64,000 nucleotides of DNA from Eledone cirrhosa (GCA_964016885.1 OZ024743.1:244280001-244344000); one strand, 5' to 3'; positions 1 to 15,106 are shown, counted from the first letter of the stretch. The notes: a model not told the origin generated them from the letters alone. Program-made: numbers and translations.

Positions 1-294
1 AAGAGCTTGTACTCCTTTCCTCTCCTCCTCCTTTTCCTCAACCTACAGGCTGATATAAAGAGAAGGCCCATTCACTCGGGCCATTCTCGCCACTTTCACC
101 CACCTTTCATAAAACTTGCTGGGGTACAGCACCTCTCTCTCCATCCTGATTCTTCTTCCAAAGTGGTATTTGAAAAAAAGAATCAGTTGTTGGCCGGAGA
201 GAAAGGTGTCTGACCTCAGCCCTTTCAACCTTGTCCACCATACAACCTCTTTCGCCATAGCTATCACACAAAGGAAAACCGCCTCTCCTTCGTT

Positions 295-295
<1 letters not shown>
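1..295 (-). mobile_element. L1/Tx1-clade LINE, ORF2 C-terminus and 3' end (fragment)
   Basis: ORF 43..267(-) AMAKEVVWWTRLKG...FYERWVKVARMARVNGPSL is homologous by eye to the 3' ends at 43.7-44.0 kb and 55.45-55.54 kb, the latter attached to a clear L1/Tx1 RT. Confidence 0.75.
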
Positions 296-327
<32 letters not shown>

Positions 328-501
328 GCAGTTTTTATCTATACATGTAATTTACTCTCAAAGAAAAGAGAAGTCGATATCATAGATAATAGTTTTATTG
401 CGAATGTTATTTTTAGTCACTTTAGATCATGTTATTCAAAGTTTCAAACTCAAAGGTAGCTCGTATTAAGAATTCTGATAGCGTTAGATCATCCGATATA
501 T

Positions 502-809
<308 letters not shown>

Positions 810-1698
810 TTATGTATATTTATGGACTTATACATTCTTCTGTAACTCGATCGAAGAGTTCTTACCTTTTGATATCAAAACGCCTTTGGTTTTAGTTAGT
901 TTTAAAGTGTTTATATTTATCGGAAAACCTTCCATCATAATTTTATGCAAGAACCTTTATTGTGTTCCAAACACCTGCTTTATGATGACAAAATTAGTTA
1001 TATAATCATATTCTTGGTTATTTTAAAAGTTATTTGAAAATCCTAAGTAGTGAAATACAGTAGTAGAAAATCTTAAGTAGTAGAAATACAGCAACGAAAG
1101 ATTAAACCGACAATTTTTATTCCATTGCAAATATAAATATTTCTCCAGAGCAAATATAAATAAATATCACACAAGTTAACAAAATAAAAATAATATATTT
1201 TCTTTCCGTATGATTCTCTCAATTATTGTTTCGTGGTCTCTAAGGATATATTTGATATTTATTTACTGAAGGTACCTCCAAGACCAGCGTTCATATCAAT
1301 TAAAATCAATGAATGGACTAAGAAAAAACCCCCACAATATCTAGGATTGTTAAAATATTTAATTTTATTATTTCTATTTTGAATATAAGATACACTCCCA
1401 ATATCATTTAACGAAATCGACCTAAAACACAGCATGTCATAAACAGAAATAGTGTTTTTTAATATTTGTTACATAATACACCCAAGGGTGCTGTTGAAGT
1501 TGTACCAAATCACTCACTTGCCTGAAAATTTAAATAATCCTTCATAGGGATGAAATTTCTTGTATAGAATATTATTAACTTTTTAGGGGTGGGTGGGGAA
1601 TCGAAATTTCAAGTATTTTTCTATGTTACAGTGTATTGATTCCTATACTCATTAAATAATTCTGATATATATACATACATACATACATATATACATAC

Positions 1699-1731
<33 letters not shown>

Positions 1732-2019
1732 TGTATGTATGTATGTATGTATGTATGTATGTATGTATGTATGTATATAACTCACAGCTCAATTACTGAC
1801 TAGGTGTGACTTCATAAAAAGTATTTGATGGATATGTATTTGGTGGCACCACCCATGGGAGGATGTTTTAAAACTTAACACTGCAATCTAATGGAGTAAT
1901 CACAGAATATTTAGAGTTAGTCTCTATCTCAGTATCGTACCTATTTATAACATGATGTATTGCACCATTTGAGAGTTCAATTTGTCGCTTTGGGATAAGG
2001 TGCAACCTAATGAACAGAA

Positions 2020-2152
2020 TAGGGCGTCAGAATAAATACTTTGGCATTTGCTCTGGACTTCTGCGCATAGAGTTTAAGTCACACCGAGGTCATTTTTGCC
2101 TTTCATCCTTTCTAGGTCAATAAATAAAGTACAAATCCAATACTGAAGTCGA
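2020..2152 (+). mobile_element. SINE fragment (tttgcctttcatcctt...ggtcgataaa..agtaccag family)
   Basis: same core recurs many times in the window on both strands (4540, 10170, 17670, 34140, 34400, 43260, 58515, 59880, 60490, 60940). Confidence 0.65.
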
Positions 2153-2399
2153 TTCTTCCTCTGTCGCTACCTTGCTTAAGCCCTACCACGCTCTCCTGGA
2201 AGAAATCGGCCATGTTCAGATCTGGAAAGGGATGGGCTTCGCCAAGTTTAAAGGTTTAAGTCACGCCGTATGTCACGACGGCGTCCCTATGTCTCCATCA
2301 AGAGTTAAGTGTCCATGGATGGTTGGACGGAATGAACAAAATATATGTTTGTTGGACCACCGTCGATTCTGGGTGGGTGTGTGTGTTTCTGTTGTTTGA

Positions 2400-2632
2400 T
2401 TAATGGAACAGCCTGCCAGTGAAAGTAACATGTATGTGGCTGAGCATTCCATAGACACGTGTACTCGTAACGTAGTTCTCAAGCATGACACAACGAATTG
2501 CAGGTGTAACCCATCTTTTCTGAACTGGTGGAATGTAAAATAAACTATCTCGCTCAAGATATATGGTGCTGTCAGGAATCGAACTCTCAACCACACGATT
2601 GTGAGCCGAACACAAAAACCACTAAGCCACGT
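2400..2632 (-). mobile_element. tRNA-derived SINE
   Basis: minus strand begins cgtggcttagtgg (A box)...gagttcgattcc (B box); body shared with 12480-12730, 30255-30545 and 9830-10110. Confidence 0.7.
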
Positions 2633-2794
2633 AAACTATAGTATGCAGTATGCAGTATCCACTTTATAGAGAAGGCAACATAATTCGGCTCCTTCATGAC
2701 TTACTCGTGGGCATTAGCAAGTTTATCAAGGAAGTTTTAATTACAGCTTGGCTCTCCGAGTCATGGAATGGGACGTTAAAAATATAGTACTAGA

Positions 2795-3015
2795 ACCATC
2801 ACCAACACCGCCACAGACACCAACACTACCACCACCACCAATACCACCACTACAAACATCACTACTACAAACAACACCCATCACCCATCACCCGCCACTA
2901 ATGCCACTAGCAACACGACCACATCCGTAACCATCTCCGCTAACAACACCCCCGCTACCAGAACCACCACAACAACAACAATAACACCAACAGCCATCTC
3001 CACAACCACCGCTAC
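2795..3015. repeat. degenerate (ACC/ACA)n low-complexity tract
   Basis: direct inspection. Confidence 0.85.
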
Positions 3016-3235
3016 ATTATGAGGAAGTAATGCTTCATGCGGTTTCTGTATAAACTATAAAACTGTGAAATTAAAACTGTGAAATCTTGTATAATTAATT
3101 AATAATATGTAATTGACAAAGCTTTAAGAGGATTATTTCATTGCAAACTAATCATTTAATTGAAAAGACATTTGAAATCTGTTGTAGATCAAAGTGTACA
3201 TGTGTTTTAAGTATCCAATAAAATGTATGTACATA

Positions 3236-3441
3236 TGAGGGTCGGCTGAAAAGTTCATACACTGAAAAGTTCATAGACTGACCAAGATACTCTCATGGAA
3301 TGAGCAAATGAGGTTTATTTTTCTACATAGTTCCTGGAAAGAAACAGTGCAGTTATTGGTAAGAAGAGTTGAAATTAATTCATGCAAGATTTCACAGCTC
3401 TAGCTATATAACCAGACTATGAACTTTTCAGTCGACCCTCG
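3236..3441. mobile_element. Tc1/mariner-type MITE
   Basis: ~24-bp TIRs tgagggtcggctgaaaagttcata / tatgaacttttcagtcgaccctcg flanked by TA on both sides (3234-35, 3442-43). Confidence 0.85.
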
Positions 3442-3459
3442 TATGTACAAAAGAAGGTA

Positions 3460-3600
3460 CGCGGCAAGGGGTTAAGGAACTGAGCTTATGATCGTAATGT
3501 TATAGGTTCGATTCCTGAACCGAATGGTATGTTGTTATCTTGAGCAAAACACTTCATTTCAGGCTGCTCAAATCAACTCAACGTAAAATGAGTGCCAGCG
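3460..3600 (+). mobile_element. tRNA-derived SINE head
   Basis: A-box-like start, B box ggttcgattcc, then ttgagcaaaacacttcatttc core. Confidence 0.65.
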
Positions 3601-5209
3601 ACAGCTGGCGTCTCTTCTAGAGTGAAGTTCATACTTTCAGACGTAAATATTCATAATTCGTTTTATTCATTATCTGCCGTCATACATATTTCTGTGGCGT
3701 TAATAATTACGTAATGATATCATTATGCAACCACCAACAAAACTTCTTAAGTAATAATGTTGTTATGTAACGTAATACAGGCTATTCACAAGGAGAGAGA
3801 TATACTCGATGCTGTTCCTATCAGAGTTCGTCCAATAGGACTGACATCGGATTCGTCCGTCCCCCTATTGGGATGCATATGCAGAAATTGCTGTTGCTGT
3901 GATGTTTCTTCTGACTTTTATTCTGTCACATATTCTAATTACCCCGATTATTTTATCAATTTCCCTGCTAACAATAGACTTATTCCATGAACACCTGTGC
4001 TGTTACCCACCTAGAGGAATTTGTATATGAATTTTTACACGTGAGGAATCTAATTGAAATCCCTTTACATCTTATCTATTTCACACTACATCTACTCGCC
4101 TCTGTTCTAGCATATCTATAATCACTTTAAACCTACCTTTCATCGTGCTCACGGTATTGCAGAGCGAACCATACCACCACATACTTCAGCCTGTACGCAT
4201 GAAAATATTTTTTGTACATAGAAGCAGTATGGTCGAAGGGCTAAGAAGTTCGCTTCGCAATCATTAGATTCCAGTTATCTTAGGCATGTGTCCTTTACCA
4301 TAGCATTCTTTTTGAGTGAAAATAAGGAGATGGAAACTGTTTGGAAGCCTGTCGGATAGACTGTATGTATGGTCCCGTAACTCCTGGGGGATCGTAGGGG
4401 CGCCGTATTGACATACGGCGTTTCTTGGGCAATTAAAGCCTGGTGGATCCCATCCCACTCCAGGCCTGAGTACAGCAGATTTCTTTCAGAGAAAAATAGA
4501 AAATGAGAGAGAGAAAATGAGAAAGAGGTATAGAAGAAGAATCGACCTCAGTACTACACTGGTACTTTTTTTATCGACCTCGAAAGGAGAAAGGCAAAGT
4601 TGACCTCGGCGAGATTTGAATTCAGAGAGCAGAGAGCTGGAACTAATACCGTAAAGCATTCGAATAGACTGTACTTATAATTAAATGAGTTCGCCTTATC
4701 ACATATTGTTTCACTCTAAATCTCCCTGAGAATTACGTTAGGGAAATGTACACATGTCTGTGGAATGCTTAGTCACTTACACGTGAATTTCACGAGTAGG
4801 CAATTCCGTTGATCAAACAACTAGAACACACATCGTCGAAACCGATGGAGTTTCATTCCATTCTATTTTTTTTTTGTACTGTTGCTTTTGCTGCAGTTAT
4901 TCCTCGTTACTTTTATTGTTGCTTCTGTTGCTCATTCATGTTCGTTTTCTGTTCTTTTTTGTCATTTTGTGGGAATATATTGTTTTTCGGTTTTTCTTTT
5001 GTTTGTGTTATCTGGTGTTCTCATGTTTTGGCGAATTCTTTGATGGAAGTGATATCAACAACAGCTTGGAATTACCAATGAAAGAAGACAGAACAAGCCA
5101 CTGAGGAACATCTTAGTTGAGAAAGATCAAGCAAATATTGAAAGGCGGGTGCTTACATGGTTCTTCTATGTTAATGAGTGTGTGTGTGAGCGTATGTGTG
5201 AGTATGAGG

Positions 5210-5284
<75 letters not shown>

Positions 5285-5321
5285 TGTATGCATATACATG
5301 TATGTGTAAGGGCAAATATCC

Positions 5322-5355
<34 letters not shown>

Positions 5356-5369
5356 GTTTGTGTGTGTGT

Positions 5370-5490
5370 GCGAAAAGTAGACAAAAACAACAAAGCAGAC
5401 AACACAATACACTGAAGAAATATATTAGTTCAACGTTTGATACAGTAGGAAAAAAGTCTTTACGCTTCGGAAACTAGTCTTTCATCAAAA
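5370..5490 (-). mobile_element. Penelope-like terminal repeat relic (family E) with decayed hammerhead
   Basis: homologous to 36690-36870, 37975-38150 and 44843-45010. Confidence 0.55.
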
Positions 5491-5587
5491 GATAGATAGA
5501 GAAATATAAGATGAAATAGAAATTATAGAGTGAGAAGCGGAAGAAAATAAAAACATTTGGGGGGGAGAAAAAGCACGTGTGTGTTAA

Positions 5588-5621
<34 letters not shown>

Positions 5622-5748
5622 TACATACATACATACATAAATGTGTGTGTGTGTGTATGTATGTGTCTATGTATGTGTGTATATATACATGGGCTTAGAG
5701 TTTCTTGCTTAAAGCAAGAACCTCTAGGCTTATGAGCCCTGATTTGCC

Positions 5749-5853
<105 letters not shown>

Positions 5854-6116
5854 GTACACAGAACAAAAAACAGAGATGCATATACATATTTCACAAGGGG
5901 ATAAATACTCTTATCATTCTGCCTACAAAGAGAGCTGTAGTAAAAAGTTCTTCATATCAAAGACAAAGTAGAACTTAACCTACACACCACGTCGATCAGA
6001 TGCAACAACTGTCCTTGAAGAACGATTAATCCTTTTATTCTTTTTCTGGTTTCAGTTATTAGCCTAAGTCCAAGAACTATGTTAGACCATATCATGGCTT
6101 TAGGTGTGTGTGTGTG

Positions 6117-6171
<55 letters not shown>

Positions 6172-6179
<8 letters not shown>

Positions 6180-6485
6180 TACCGGCACCTCAGTATGCAG
6201 ATTGGAACACTCGACGAAGTACACAGGTTGGTTTGTTTACTCCGGAGTAATGTAAAATAAGTAAGTCAAACATGTAAAATTTGGCTTCGTTTATTATAAA
6301 TTCTCTGCTATATTTCGCTGACAGTTATTATTGACTGTGATCTCTTCAGGCAGTCCGAATTAGTGTGGAAAAGACAGGTGCACATGTTGTTGAAGTGTGT
6401 TCAACTCTGTCAATACATCGATATGTCTAGCTCCTGGGTGTGTTGTTAGTCCTCCGAGGAACTGGAATCATATCCTTACCTTCTA
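6172..6485 (-). mobile_element. Penelope-like terminal repeat (family A), diverged homolog of the 53.1-54.2 kb palindrome arms
   Basis: colinear similarity to 53265-53568; flanked by (TA)n on both sides; contains hammerhead core. Confidence 0.75.
6305..6353 (-). ncRNA. minimal type-I hammerhead ribozyme motif (family A, diverged)
   Basis: minus strand ctgc-CTGAAGA-gatcacagtc/aactgtcagc-GAAA-tata-gcag. Confidence 0.6.
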
Positions 6486-6486
6486 A

Positions 6487-6958
<472 letters not shown>

Positions 6959-8067
6959 ACCAAAGATTAATATGGTTCATTGATTACTCAATGAATATAG
7001 TTTTACAATAGATTAAAAGCACTCTATCGGAACGCTTCCATTTCACCAAACTGCAATCTTTGCAATTTAGAAACTCTATTAATAATTACCAATTATGGTA
7101 TTTTAATTAATAAAAAGAAAATGAATTATTTGGAACTTGTCTACATAAATCTGGAAAGACATTTCAAGATTTTACAAATTTAGAAAAAAATACTAAGAAG
7201 AAAAAAATATTCACTATTATTAATAATTCTTGAAATATTATTATTATTATTATATATATAATGTTTTACCTTACCTTAAAAATTGTATATCGTTTTTATA
7301 TAGCAAATTAATCTCATGATGTGACTCAGTATCCTAAGTTCGGATTTAAAATGATCATTGTATAACTAGAAATTTCTGAATTTGCGGTTTGAAATATCTT
7401 TTGGCTTTCAAAGCACTTAGATAATATAAATAATCACATAAGTTGTACGGATTATCTTCCTTTGTTTACATTCTTCGTAAATAATTTTCGTTCTATCCAA
7501 ATGAATTAATAATGTCTATTTAACATGATTTAAACGAATTAATAATGTCTATTTAACATGATTTATACAGTTTATACGAAAATTCCTTAAAGGGAAACTA
7601 CATATATTAAGATGTAGTTACAGAAGTAAAATCGAAATAATAATACTTTTAAGAGTAAATATAACTACTTATTAATCCTGTAAGTAAATGACAACTAATG
7701 AATTGAACTGTTTTTATAATGAAAAAGGAATAATTCAGATAATAATTCTAAACATTATATAAAATGCATATACTGATGGTGATATGCGCATAAGTTGTGG
7801 TAAATATCCTTATACATATTTAATAGGTATGTAAACTTGCTTTATAGATAAAAATGTTTTTGAATTTTGTAACAAAATATTTAATATATATATTAATTAA
7901 ACTATGCTTCTAATTATTATAGAAAATATTTTTATATTGTTTAATTTTGGTATAATATTTTAGTATAATTAGCTTAAACATAACAAAAGATATAAAAAAA
8001 ATTTCATGGTATTTAATTGGTCGCTTCTATTTGACTTAATGTTTGAAAACAGCGGTCACGCATCATG

Positions 8068-8069
8068 TC

Positions 8070-8108
<39 letters not shown>

Positions 8109-8109
8109 G

Positions 8110-8153
<44 letters not shown>

Positions 8154-8330
8154 TCCTTTTTGCAGTTACGTCATTGCTCTTATCTCTTCTATCTCTCTCT
8201 CTCCTTCTTCTCTCTTCTCTCTCTCTCCTTCTTCTCTCTTCTATCTCTCTCTCCTTCTTCTCTCTTCTTTTCTTTCTTCTCTCTTCTTCTTTCTTCTCTT
8301 CTATCTATCTCTCTCTCTTTCTTTTTCTTC
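8068..8330. repeat. (TTTC)n and CT-rich polypyrimidine tract
   Basis: direct inspection. Confidence 0.95.
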
Positions 8331-8866
8331 CCTAACACGGATAAATTTACGCATTTAAATATTTATGTATGTATGTGTTTATTTATTTCTTCTTGCATTT
8401 TCTCATACTCACCCCCTCCTTGTACTTATATCTCGCTCCACATCCTCTTCTTCATCATATTTAAGTTTATCATGTTATTATTTGTGGTATATAAATATTG
8501 AGATTTGTTGTAATAAATCACTGCCAATACTGGAATTGAACCATCAAGACAGTTGGGGTATGTCATACATCAATTCATGTATTTTATCTGACGAGGACGT
8601 ACCGAAAAAACAGCACAGTACCTATATAATAAAACATATATTTTGATTATGTGAATGTCTTCATTTATTATTATTCTGAATAATATATATATATATATAT
8701 ATATATGCATACCCCTCCACATATATGTATATATTTCTTTACATAACCCTACCCAAAGTACACCATAACAATTACAAATATCGCTACAGAATGTTCACCA
8801 GAGTACTAATCGACAATACCCTGGAGTTAAAAAAAAACTGTGTATGTATGAATATGCGTGTGTTTG

Positions 8867-8925
<59 letters not shown>

Positions 8926-9169
8926 ATTAAATTTCACTCTTATGGCATTGCTCAACCCGGAATTATAGTAGTAGACACACTAGGTGCCTTGCAGTGGGAC
9001 TGAACCCGAAACTACGTGGTTGCGAAGCAAGTTCCTTAACGACACAGCTATGTTTGCGCATATAGCGTAATATTGTCGGCAGCTTAGTGTGATGGGGGTT
9101 ATCAAACATTTGTATGCTTTTTTTCTATAAGGTTTTCAAGAACAGCCAGACATTACTTTATTAGACACA

Positions 9170-9455
9170 ACATGACTGAATGGTTAAGAATTTTGCTTCG
9201 CAAACATTAGCACTAGGGTTCGATCCCACTGTGTGGCATCTGGGGAAAGTGTCATTTATAATATCCTCGAGTCGACCCAAGTCTAGTGAGTGAAATTTGG
9301 TAGACAGAAAGTCTTTGGAAGCCCATCGGTTGGACTAGCTTCACGCTGAACCAGCTTGCGTGTTTATGGAATGTTCAGACACTTTTGCGTTAATTCTATT
9401 AACAGGCTGGTCCGTTGATCGAACAACTGGAACACTCCAACGAACGGAGGTCCAT
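9170..9455 (+). mobile_element. tRNA-derived SINE (composite)
   Basis: tggttaagaa...gggttcgatccc B box; gtgagtgaaatttggtagacagaaa core also seen at 33490-33780. Confidence 0.65.
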
Positions 9456-9659
9456 TTCAGTTTATCAACAACACATCATTAATAAATAGAACCCCGGACA
9501 GACTTATTTGCTGTGTTTGTTGCTTCTCGCTTGTCGACGTTGCTTCCCGCTTCAATAAATTAAGTAACAGTCAAGTGGTTGGGTTCTTCTTCTTCTTCTT
9601 CTTCTTCTTCTTCTTCTTCTTCTTCTTTTTCTTTTTCTTCTTCTTCTTCTTCTTCTTCT

Positions 9660-9706
<47 letters not shown>

Positions 9707-9832
9707 ATCACTCTCTCTCTGAATCATCTACGTTTCGCTGGGTGAAGGCTCATCGAGGAACCCTCACAGAGTCTCTTTCTCTAGAAATGGGAAAAGATTG
9801 AATGAGGGGCTGTTTGATGTGTAGTGCAAGTG

Positions 9833-10115
9833 TAAGGCGCATGGCCCAGGGATTAAGATGTTTGGCTTACGGTGGTAATGTTGTGAGTTCGAATCCTGAC
9901 GGGGCGTTGTCTTTTGAAGATACTTTATTTCCCGTTGCTACAGTCCACTCAGCTGTCAAAAATGCATTGTACCTGCAATTAAAAGGACCAGCCTTTGCCG
10001 TGATGAATCTTGCTTAGAACTACTTTAAGGGACTGCTCATCCATTTGCATGTTTATTCACAGACAGTCTGTTCTGTTGTTTGAAAAGCTGACATTCTCGT
10101 CGTCGAAACCGTGAA
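9833..10115 (+). mobile_element. tRNA-derived SINE
   Basis: ggcgcatggcccagggattaag A box, gagttcgaatcc B box, conserved body. Confidence 0.7.
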
Positions 10116-10169
10116 AGTCCAATTAACACAAACAGCACAAAACATTAAGGAATAAGAAAACAAATTAAT

Positions 10170-10360
10170 AATTGTTTCTACTTTTGGCACAAGGCCAACA
10201 ATTACCCAGTACATTACTGGTACTTTATTTTATCGACCCCGTAAGGATGAAAGGCAAAGTTAACCTTGGCGGGATTTGAACTCAGAATGGCAAGGGTCGT
10301 AACTCTATGAGTCAAAGCATGGGGTCCGACCCTCTACCGATATTGCCAATCCACTGCCCT
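10170..10360 (-). mobile_element. SINE (atcgacccc..aggatgaaaggcaaagt family)
   Basis: multi-copy family in the window. Confidence 0.7.
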
Positions 10361-10917
10361 GAAGACAAATTAATAATGGTGTGATTTATGAATGCCACAA
10401 CTTCTCAGTTTCTCTCTCCTCTTCATCTTCATTTTATTCTTAAATACTTTATGTTACATTTCATATTTTTATTTTAGTTTTGAAGGACGTGATACATTTT
10501 AACTAAATGGATCTCGGTTGGTTTCGACGATGAATGTTTTAGTAGTTTCAGCAATAGAATAGCCTAAACTTTAAATAATTGATGTGTGAACGATTGACTA
10601 TTCCAGACATGTGTGTCTTTGAGGTAATTCTCAGGGAGATTCCCACATCAAGGCTGGCTCTTTGAATTATAAATAGAGTCCATTCAACAGGCTCCTAAAG
10701 TTTCTGCTTTTCCAAATTTACTCACAAAACCTGGGTAGAGCCAAAACTATGGTAAAAGACGGTTTCTCAGGTTGCCATGCAGTGGGATCGGAAACATAAT
10801 CTCGAGTTTCTTAATGATTCGGCCCTGCTGCGTCCACACGTAAGCTATGAAGTCGACGCGATTTGAAACCGGTATGCCTCTGTAACTATATATTCGAATA
10901 CACATATTATATATACA

Positions 10918-11002
<85 letters not shown>

Positions 11003-11020
11003 GTATATATAATGATTAAT

Positions 11021-11195
11021 GAGACTAAAATCCGAAGAGGCTTCGATAAGGATTATATATATAAAAAATAAATATATGAATCGCTGCTTTCACTGTTTTA
11101 CGGGATCATCTGAAACTCAGAAGACCCTCTTTCTCAGTTTCAGAAGATCCCGTAAAAGGGTGAAAGCAACAATTCATTGCTTAAACTTTAATCTG
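11021..11195. repeat. fold-back palindrome, family I (homolog of 27899-28218 and 30821-31036)
   Basis: gaatcgctgctttcac..acgggatcatctgaaactcagaa / ttctcagtttcagaagatcccgt..gtgaaagcaacaattc. Confidence 0.8.
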
Positions 11196-11224
11196 TACAA
11201 ATAACTACACACACACACACACAT

Positions 11225-11270
<46 letters not shown>

Positions 11271-11276
<6 letters not shown>

Positions 11277-11658
11277 GATATTAAATAAATGGAAACTATA
11301 TTTATAAAACCATATTTATTTCACTATACATATTTCAGGGATACCAAATTAAAATATGGTATGCCTTCATCAGATAAAATACAATATATAAACAGTTTTA
11401 TAAATAATTTTGACGTACCCTATTAGATGCAACCATTATTTTTGGAAGCTGTCTGGATAGTCTAGACAGCTTCCAGACAGCTTCCAAAAATAATGGTTGC
11501 ATCTAATAGGGTACGTCAAAATTATTTATAAAACTGTTTATATATTGTATTTTATCTGATGAAGGCATACCATATTTTAATTTGGTATCCCTGAAATATG
11601 TATAGTGAAATAAATATGGTTTTATAAATATAGTTTCCATTTATTTAATATCGTATAT
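11271..11658. repeat. near-perfect ~187-bp-arm palindrome carrying a hammerhead motif (Penelope-like terminal repeat, family G)
   Basis: arms 11271-11457 and 11472-11658 are reverse complements; 14-nt spacer; right arm continues to (TA)n at ~11745. Confidence 0.95.
11548..11612 (+). ncRNA. minimal type-I hammerhead ribozyme motif (mirror copy 11317-11381 on minus)
   Basis: tattttat-CTGATGA-aggcatacc/ggtatccct-GAAA-tatgtATA-gtgaaata; predicted AUA cleavage after 11604. Confidence 0.75.
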
Positions 11659-11740
11659 CTACTCCAAAAACTTGTCGAGTGCTTTATATCAGTTATAAAA
11701 TATTTACTTGTTGTATCCCAACAATTTTAAATAGAACTTT

Positions 11741-11776
<36 letters not shown>

Positions 11777-12479
11777 TATGCTTAGTCATTAGAAGTTGTT
11801 CTTTGGTATCCACGTCAATCTCTTATTTTTAGCAACATTACCGATAAACAGTATTTTATTGTAATTATCTCGCTGAAAAGCTATTATAGAAATGTTGATA
11901 ATTGCATTTCTTTCCGTCAACACTTAGAGTCAATGGCAATAAGATTACGCATCCATACACATATGTACACACATATATATGTACACACACATATATATAT
12001 GTACACACACATACACATATATACACACATACACACACATAGACACTCATATATACATATATGTACACACACATATATATATGTACACACACATACACAT
12101 ATATACACACATACACACATATACACACATAGACACTCATATATACATACATGCACACACCCACTCAAACACTCAATGATATACTCCTACATAGATACAC
12201 ACTTGTTAACGTTCATACATATATATATATATATACATAGACATATGCTCATAAGCAAACACTTACTTACACAAGCGCACAGACAAACATACATATTTTT
12301 AGATACATATATATACGTTCACATACACATGCACATATAAATACCGTAAACACACGCATACACACATATGGGCACTTTCTAACTAATATATTCATACCCG
12401 AACTTGCAGAACTACATACACACACATATACACACATTGTCATACACAAGATACATACAAAGCTTGCTACATGAATGAG

Positions 12480-12730
12480 TGTGTTGCTCCACCATCGGTA
12501 GTTCGATCCACAGAACTGCGTACTCGTGAAATTAACATATAAGTGGCAGAGCATTCCACTGACACGTGTACCCTTAAAGAAGTTCTCAAGAAATAATCAG
12601 CGGGATATAGTGTGTGACAGCTGCAACTCATTTTTCCAGCTGAGTCGACTGGAGCAACGTGAAATGGCAAATCTTAATCGTGGATACAAGGCATCACCGG
12701 TGATCGAACTCATGACCTTACGGTCGGGAG
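12480..12730 (-). mobile_element. tRNA-derived SINE
   Basis: ccagctgagtcgactggagcaacgtgaaat core shared with 61940-61970. Confidence 0.7.
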
Positions 12731-12802
12731 GCTACATGGATACACAGTTACATGTTTGGAGAGAAAGACAGTGAGATAGAGAGAAAAAGAGAAAGTATTA
12801 GA

Positions 12803-12904
<102 letters not shown>

Positions 12905-13894
12905 ACGTGCATGTGTGTGTGTAAAGAAGATTGTTATTGCTCCAATCATTCTACTCACCCTCAGCAAATTACCCTAAACCGAGGGCCAGCCTGTAGCCAT
13001 GACTCCTGCCAAACAAACCGTACTTACTTTCTAAATTCGTCAAATAATACGTGGATCAAGCTACAGCTGTCATATTACGTAGTTTCTATATAATAAAGTC
13101 AAAGCTATTATTATCTGCAGCAACTACGGCCCCATGACGTAATAGGCCGTGCTCCACCCTCTCGATTATACCCTTGACCTTTGACCTTCAAACTATCCAC
13201 TAAGATGACCTGATGCTCGCATCAGGAAGTCTAGTTCTCACAACATAACATAAAAACCCAATTAATAATCAGGAAAATACATAAGCTATTAAAGAAATAA
13301 ATGAAACGAATACAAGATGAAGTACACAAGAGGTCAAGTTCAATTAAAAAACCCAAATAATAATAATCAAGAAATAAGCGAAATGAATCCATGATGAAAA
13401 ATATAAATATGATATCAGAAAATAAGATAACAAAAGGCGACGCAGAAGGTATAAATCTCAGTGTCATTATTTACCTAAAATAGATATGATATATACTTAC
13501 GAATACAAAACATAATTAAAATTAAATAATATATACACAAACATCTACATGTATTAAAAATAAGTTCAATTACGTAATCAGGGTTTTGCAAAAGAAATTA
13601 ACGAAATCACGACTTACCAATCTGGATCATTCCTAAAAATGCGACCATTTTTCAAGCCCAATGCAGAGAAAGTAAAAAAGGAAGTACAAAGGCACCACAA
13701 GTAGATCATATCAAACAGTCAGTGCAAAAGGTTAATGTTCTACTGTTTCAATGTGAAATTACTCAACCTTTACTTTTTTACAAAAAATTACTACTTCAAG
13801 TTTACCAAATTTACTTAGATCACCAAGCAAATAAATATTAAATTAATTTAAATTCCATATATATATACACACACACATATATATATATACTCTT

Positions 13895-14074
13895 TTCTAA
13901 ATGTCTCTCCCCCACTCTCCTACACACTCTTGGAACTCTCTTCCCACACACTTTTCGCCTGAAGGAGGGCTTATGCTCGAAACGTCCCCCCCCCCCACCA
14001 CCACCACTCTCAAGAGCGTGAAACTAATAAACCTTTGTTCGTACTGCTTCTCTGTTTTGTTCCCGTTCCATTTT

Positions 14075-14080
<6 letters not shown>
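13895..14080 (+). mobile_element. Penelope-like terminal repeat (family F) with hammerhead-like core 13959-13986
   Basis: CTGAAGG-agggc ttat gctc-GAAACGTC; homologous to 29727-29808(-) and 50692-50880(-); ends in (TA)n. Confidence 0.65.
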
Positions 14081-14111
<31 letters not shown>

Positions 14112-15018
14112 TTCGTGTAATGGTAGCACAGTGGTCTGGATAACCAAAGATATGGGTTTGACTCCCATGTACGTCAATACTCATCTGTTTCTATTCCTTA
14201 GAGTGTTCTAAACCCACTATCAAGCTAAAATTTCTTTAGTCAAAAACTACGGTGAAAGCTCCGAGACCCCCCAGTAGACAACTGGCGAGGAACCCCCCCC
14301 CCCCCCCACACACACACACACCGTTCTTGCTTTCTTCTTATTCTCATTCCATTTTAAAGCCTAACTTATCTACCAACTACACACCCATCCTATTCTCCAT
14401 ATATTTTACCATGTTTCGCTGTGACCCGTCTTCTCTCTCCCTCTACCTACCTATTTCATTACTATCTACTCTTCCCCCTCTTTCTTCCTCTCCCTTTCTC
14501 CCTCTCACTTTCACTCATCCTCTCTCTATCAGCCACCTCATTGTTTCCCTCAACTGACCTTATAGCAGTCCTTTTCTCACTTACACTCGCTGGGGTCAGT
14601 CGTGTCTTTTTTTCGTTCGCCCACACGCTCTCGAACTTCAGTTCTGTTACCGCTGTGGTCTTGGACTTCCTTACCTTCAGTTGCTGCACATTCTTGGGTT
14701 TGTTGTTTTTTCGCTGTTTTCTCTTTTCTTGCCCTTTTCCCCTTTTCCCTTCTATTTTCCTTCTCTCCCTCCTCTGTTTTCCCAATAACTTACCCAGTTA
14801 TTGAACGCTCGGGGGGAGGGGGGGGGGTAGATATATTGTCTTTAAAGCATTGAAATATCCGAGAACCCCAGTAGACAACTGATGAGGAAAACTCCCCCAC
14901 CTCCACCCCGTTCTTGCTTTCTTCTTATTTTCATTCCATTTTTAAGCCTAACTTACTAGCAACTACACAACCATCCTATTCTCCATATCGATTGTGTTGT
15001 TATTTCTGTTTACCTTTT

Positions 15019-15106
<88 letters not shown>

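Noticed and set aside
8588-8620. CTGACGA..GAAA and CTGATGA (30580) as hammerheads
   Set aside because: Stems I and III cannot be formed convincingly
9833-9905. tRNA genes at A/B-box sites
   Set aside because: No complete cloverleaf; each continues into a shared SINE body
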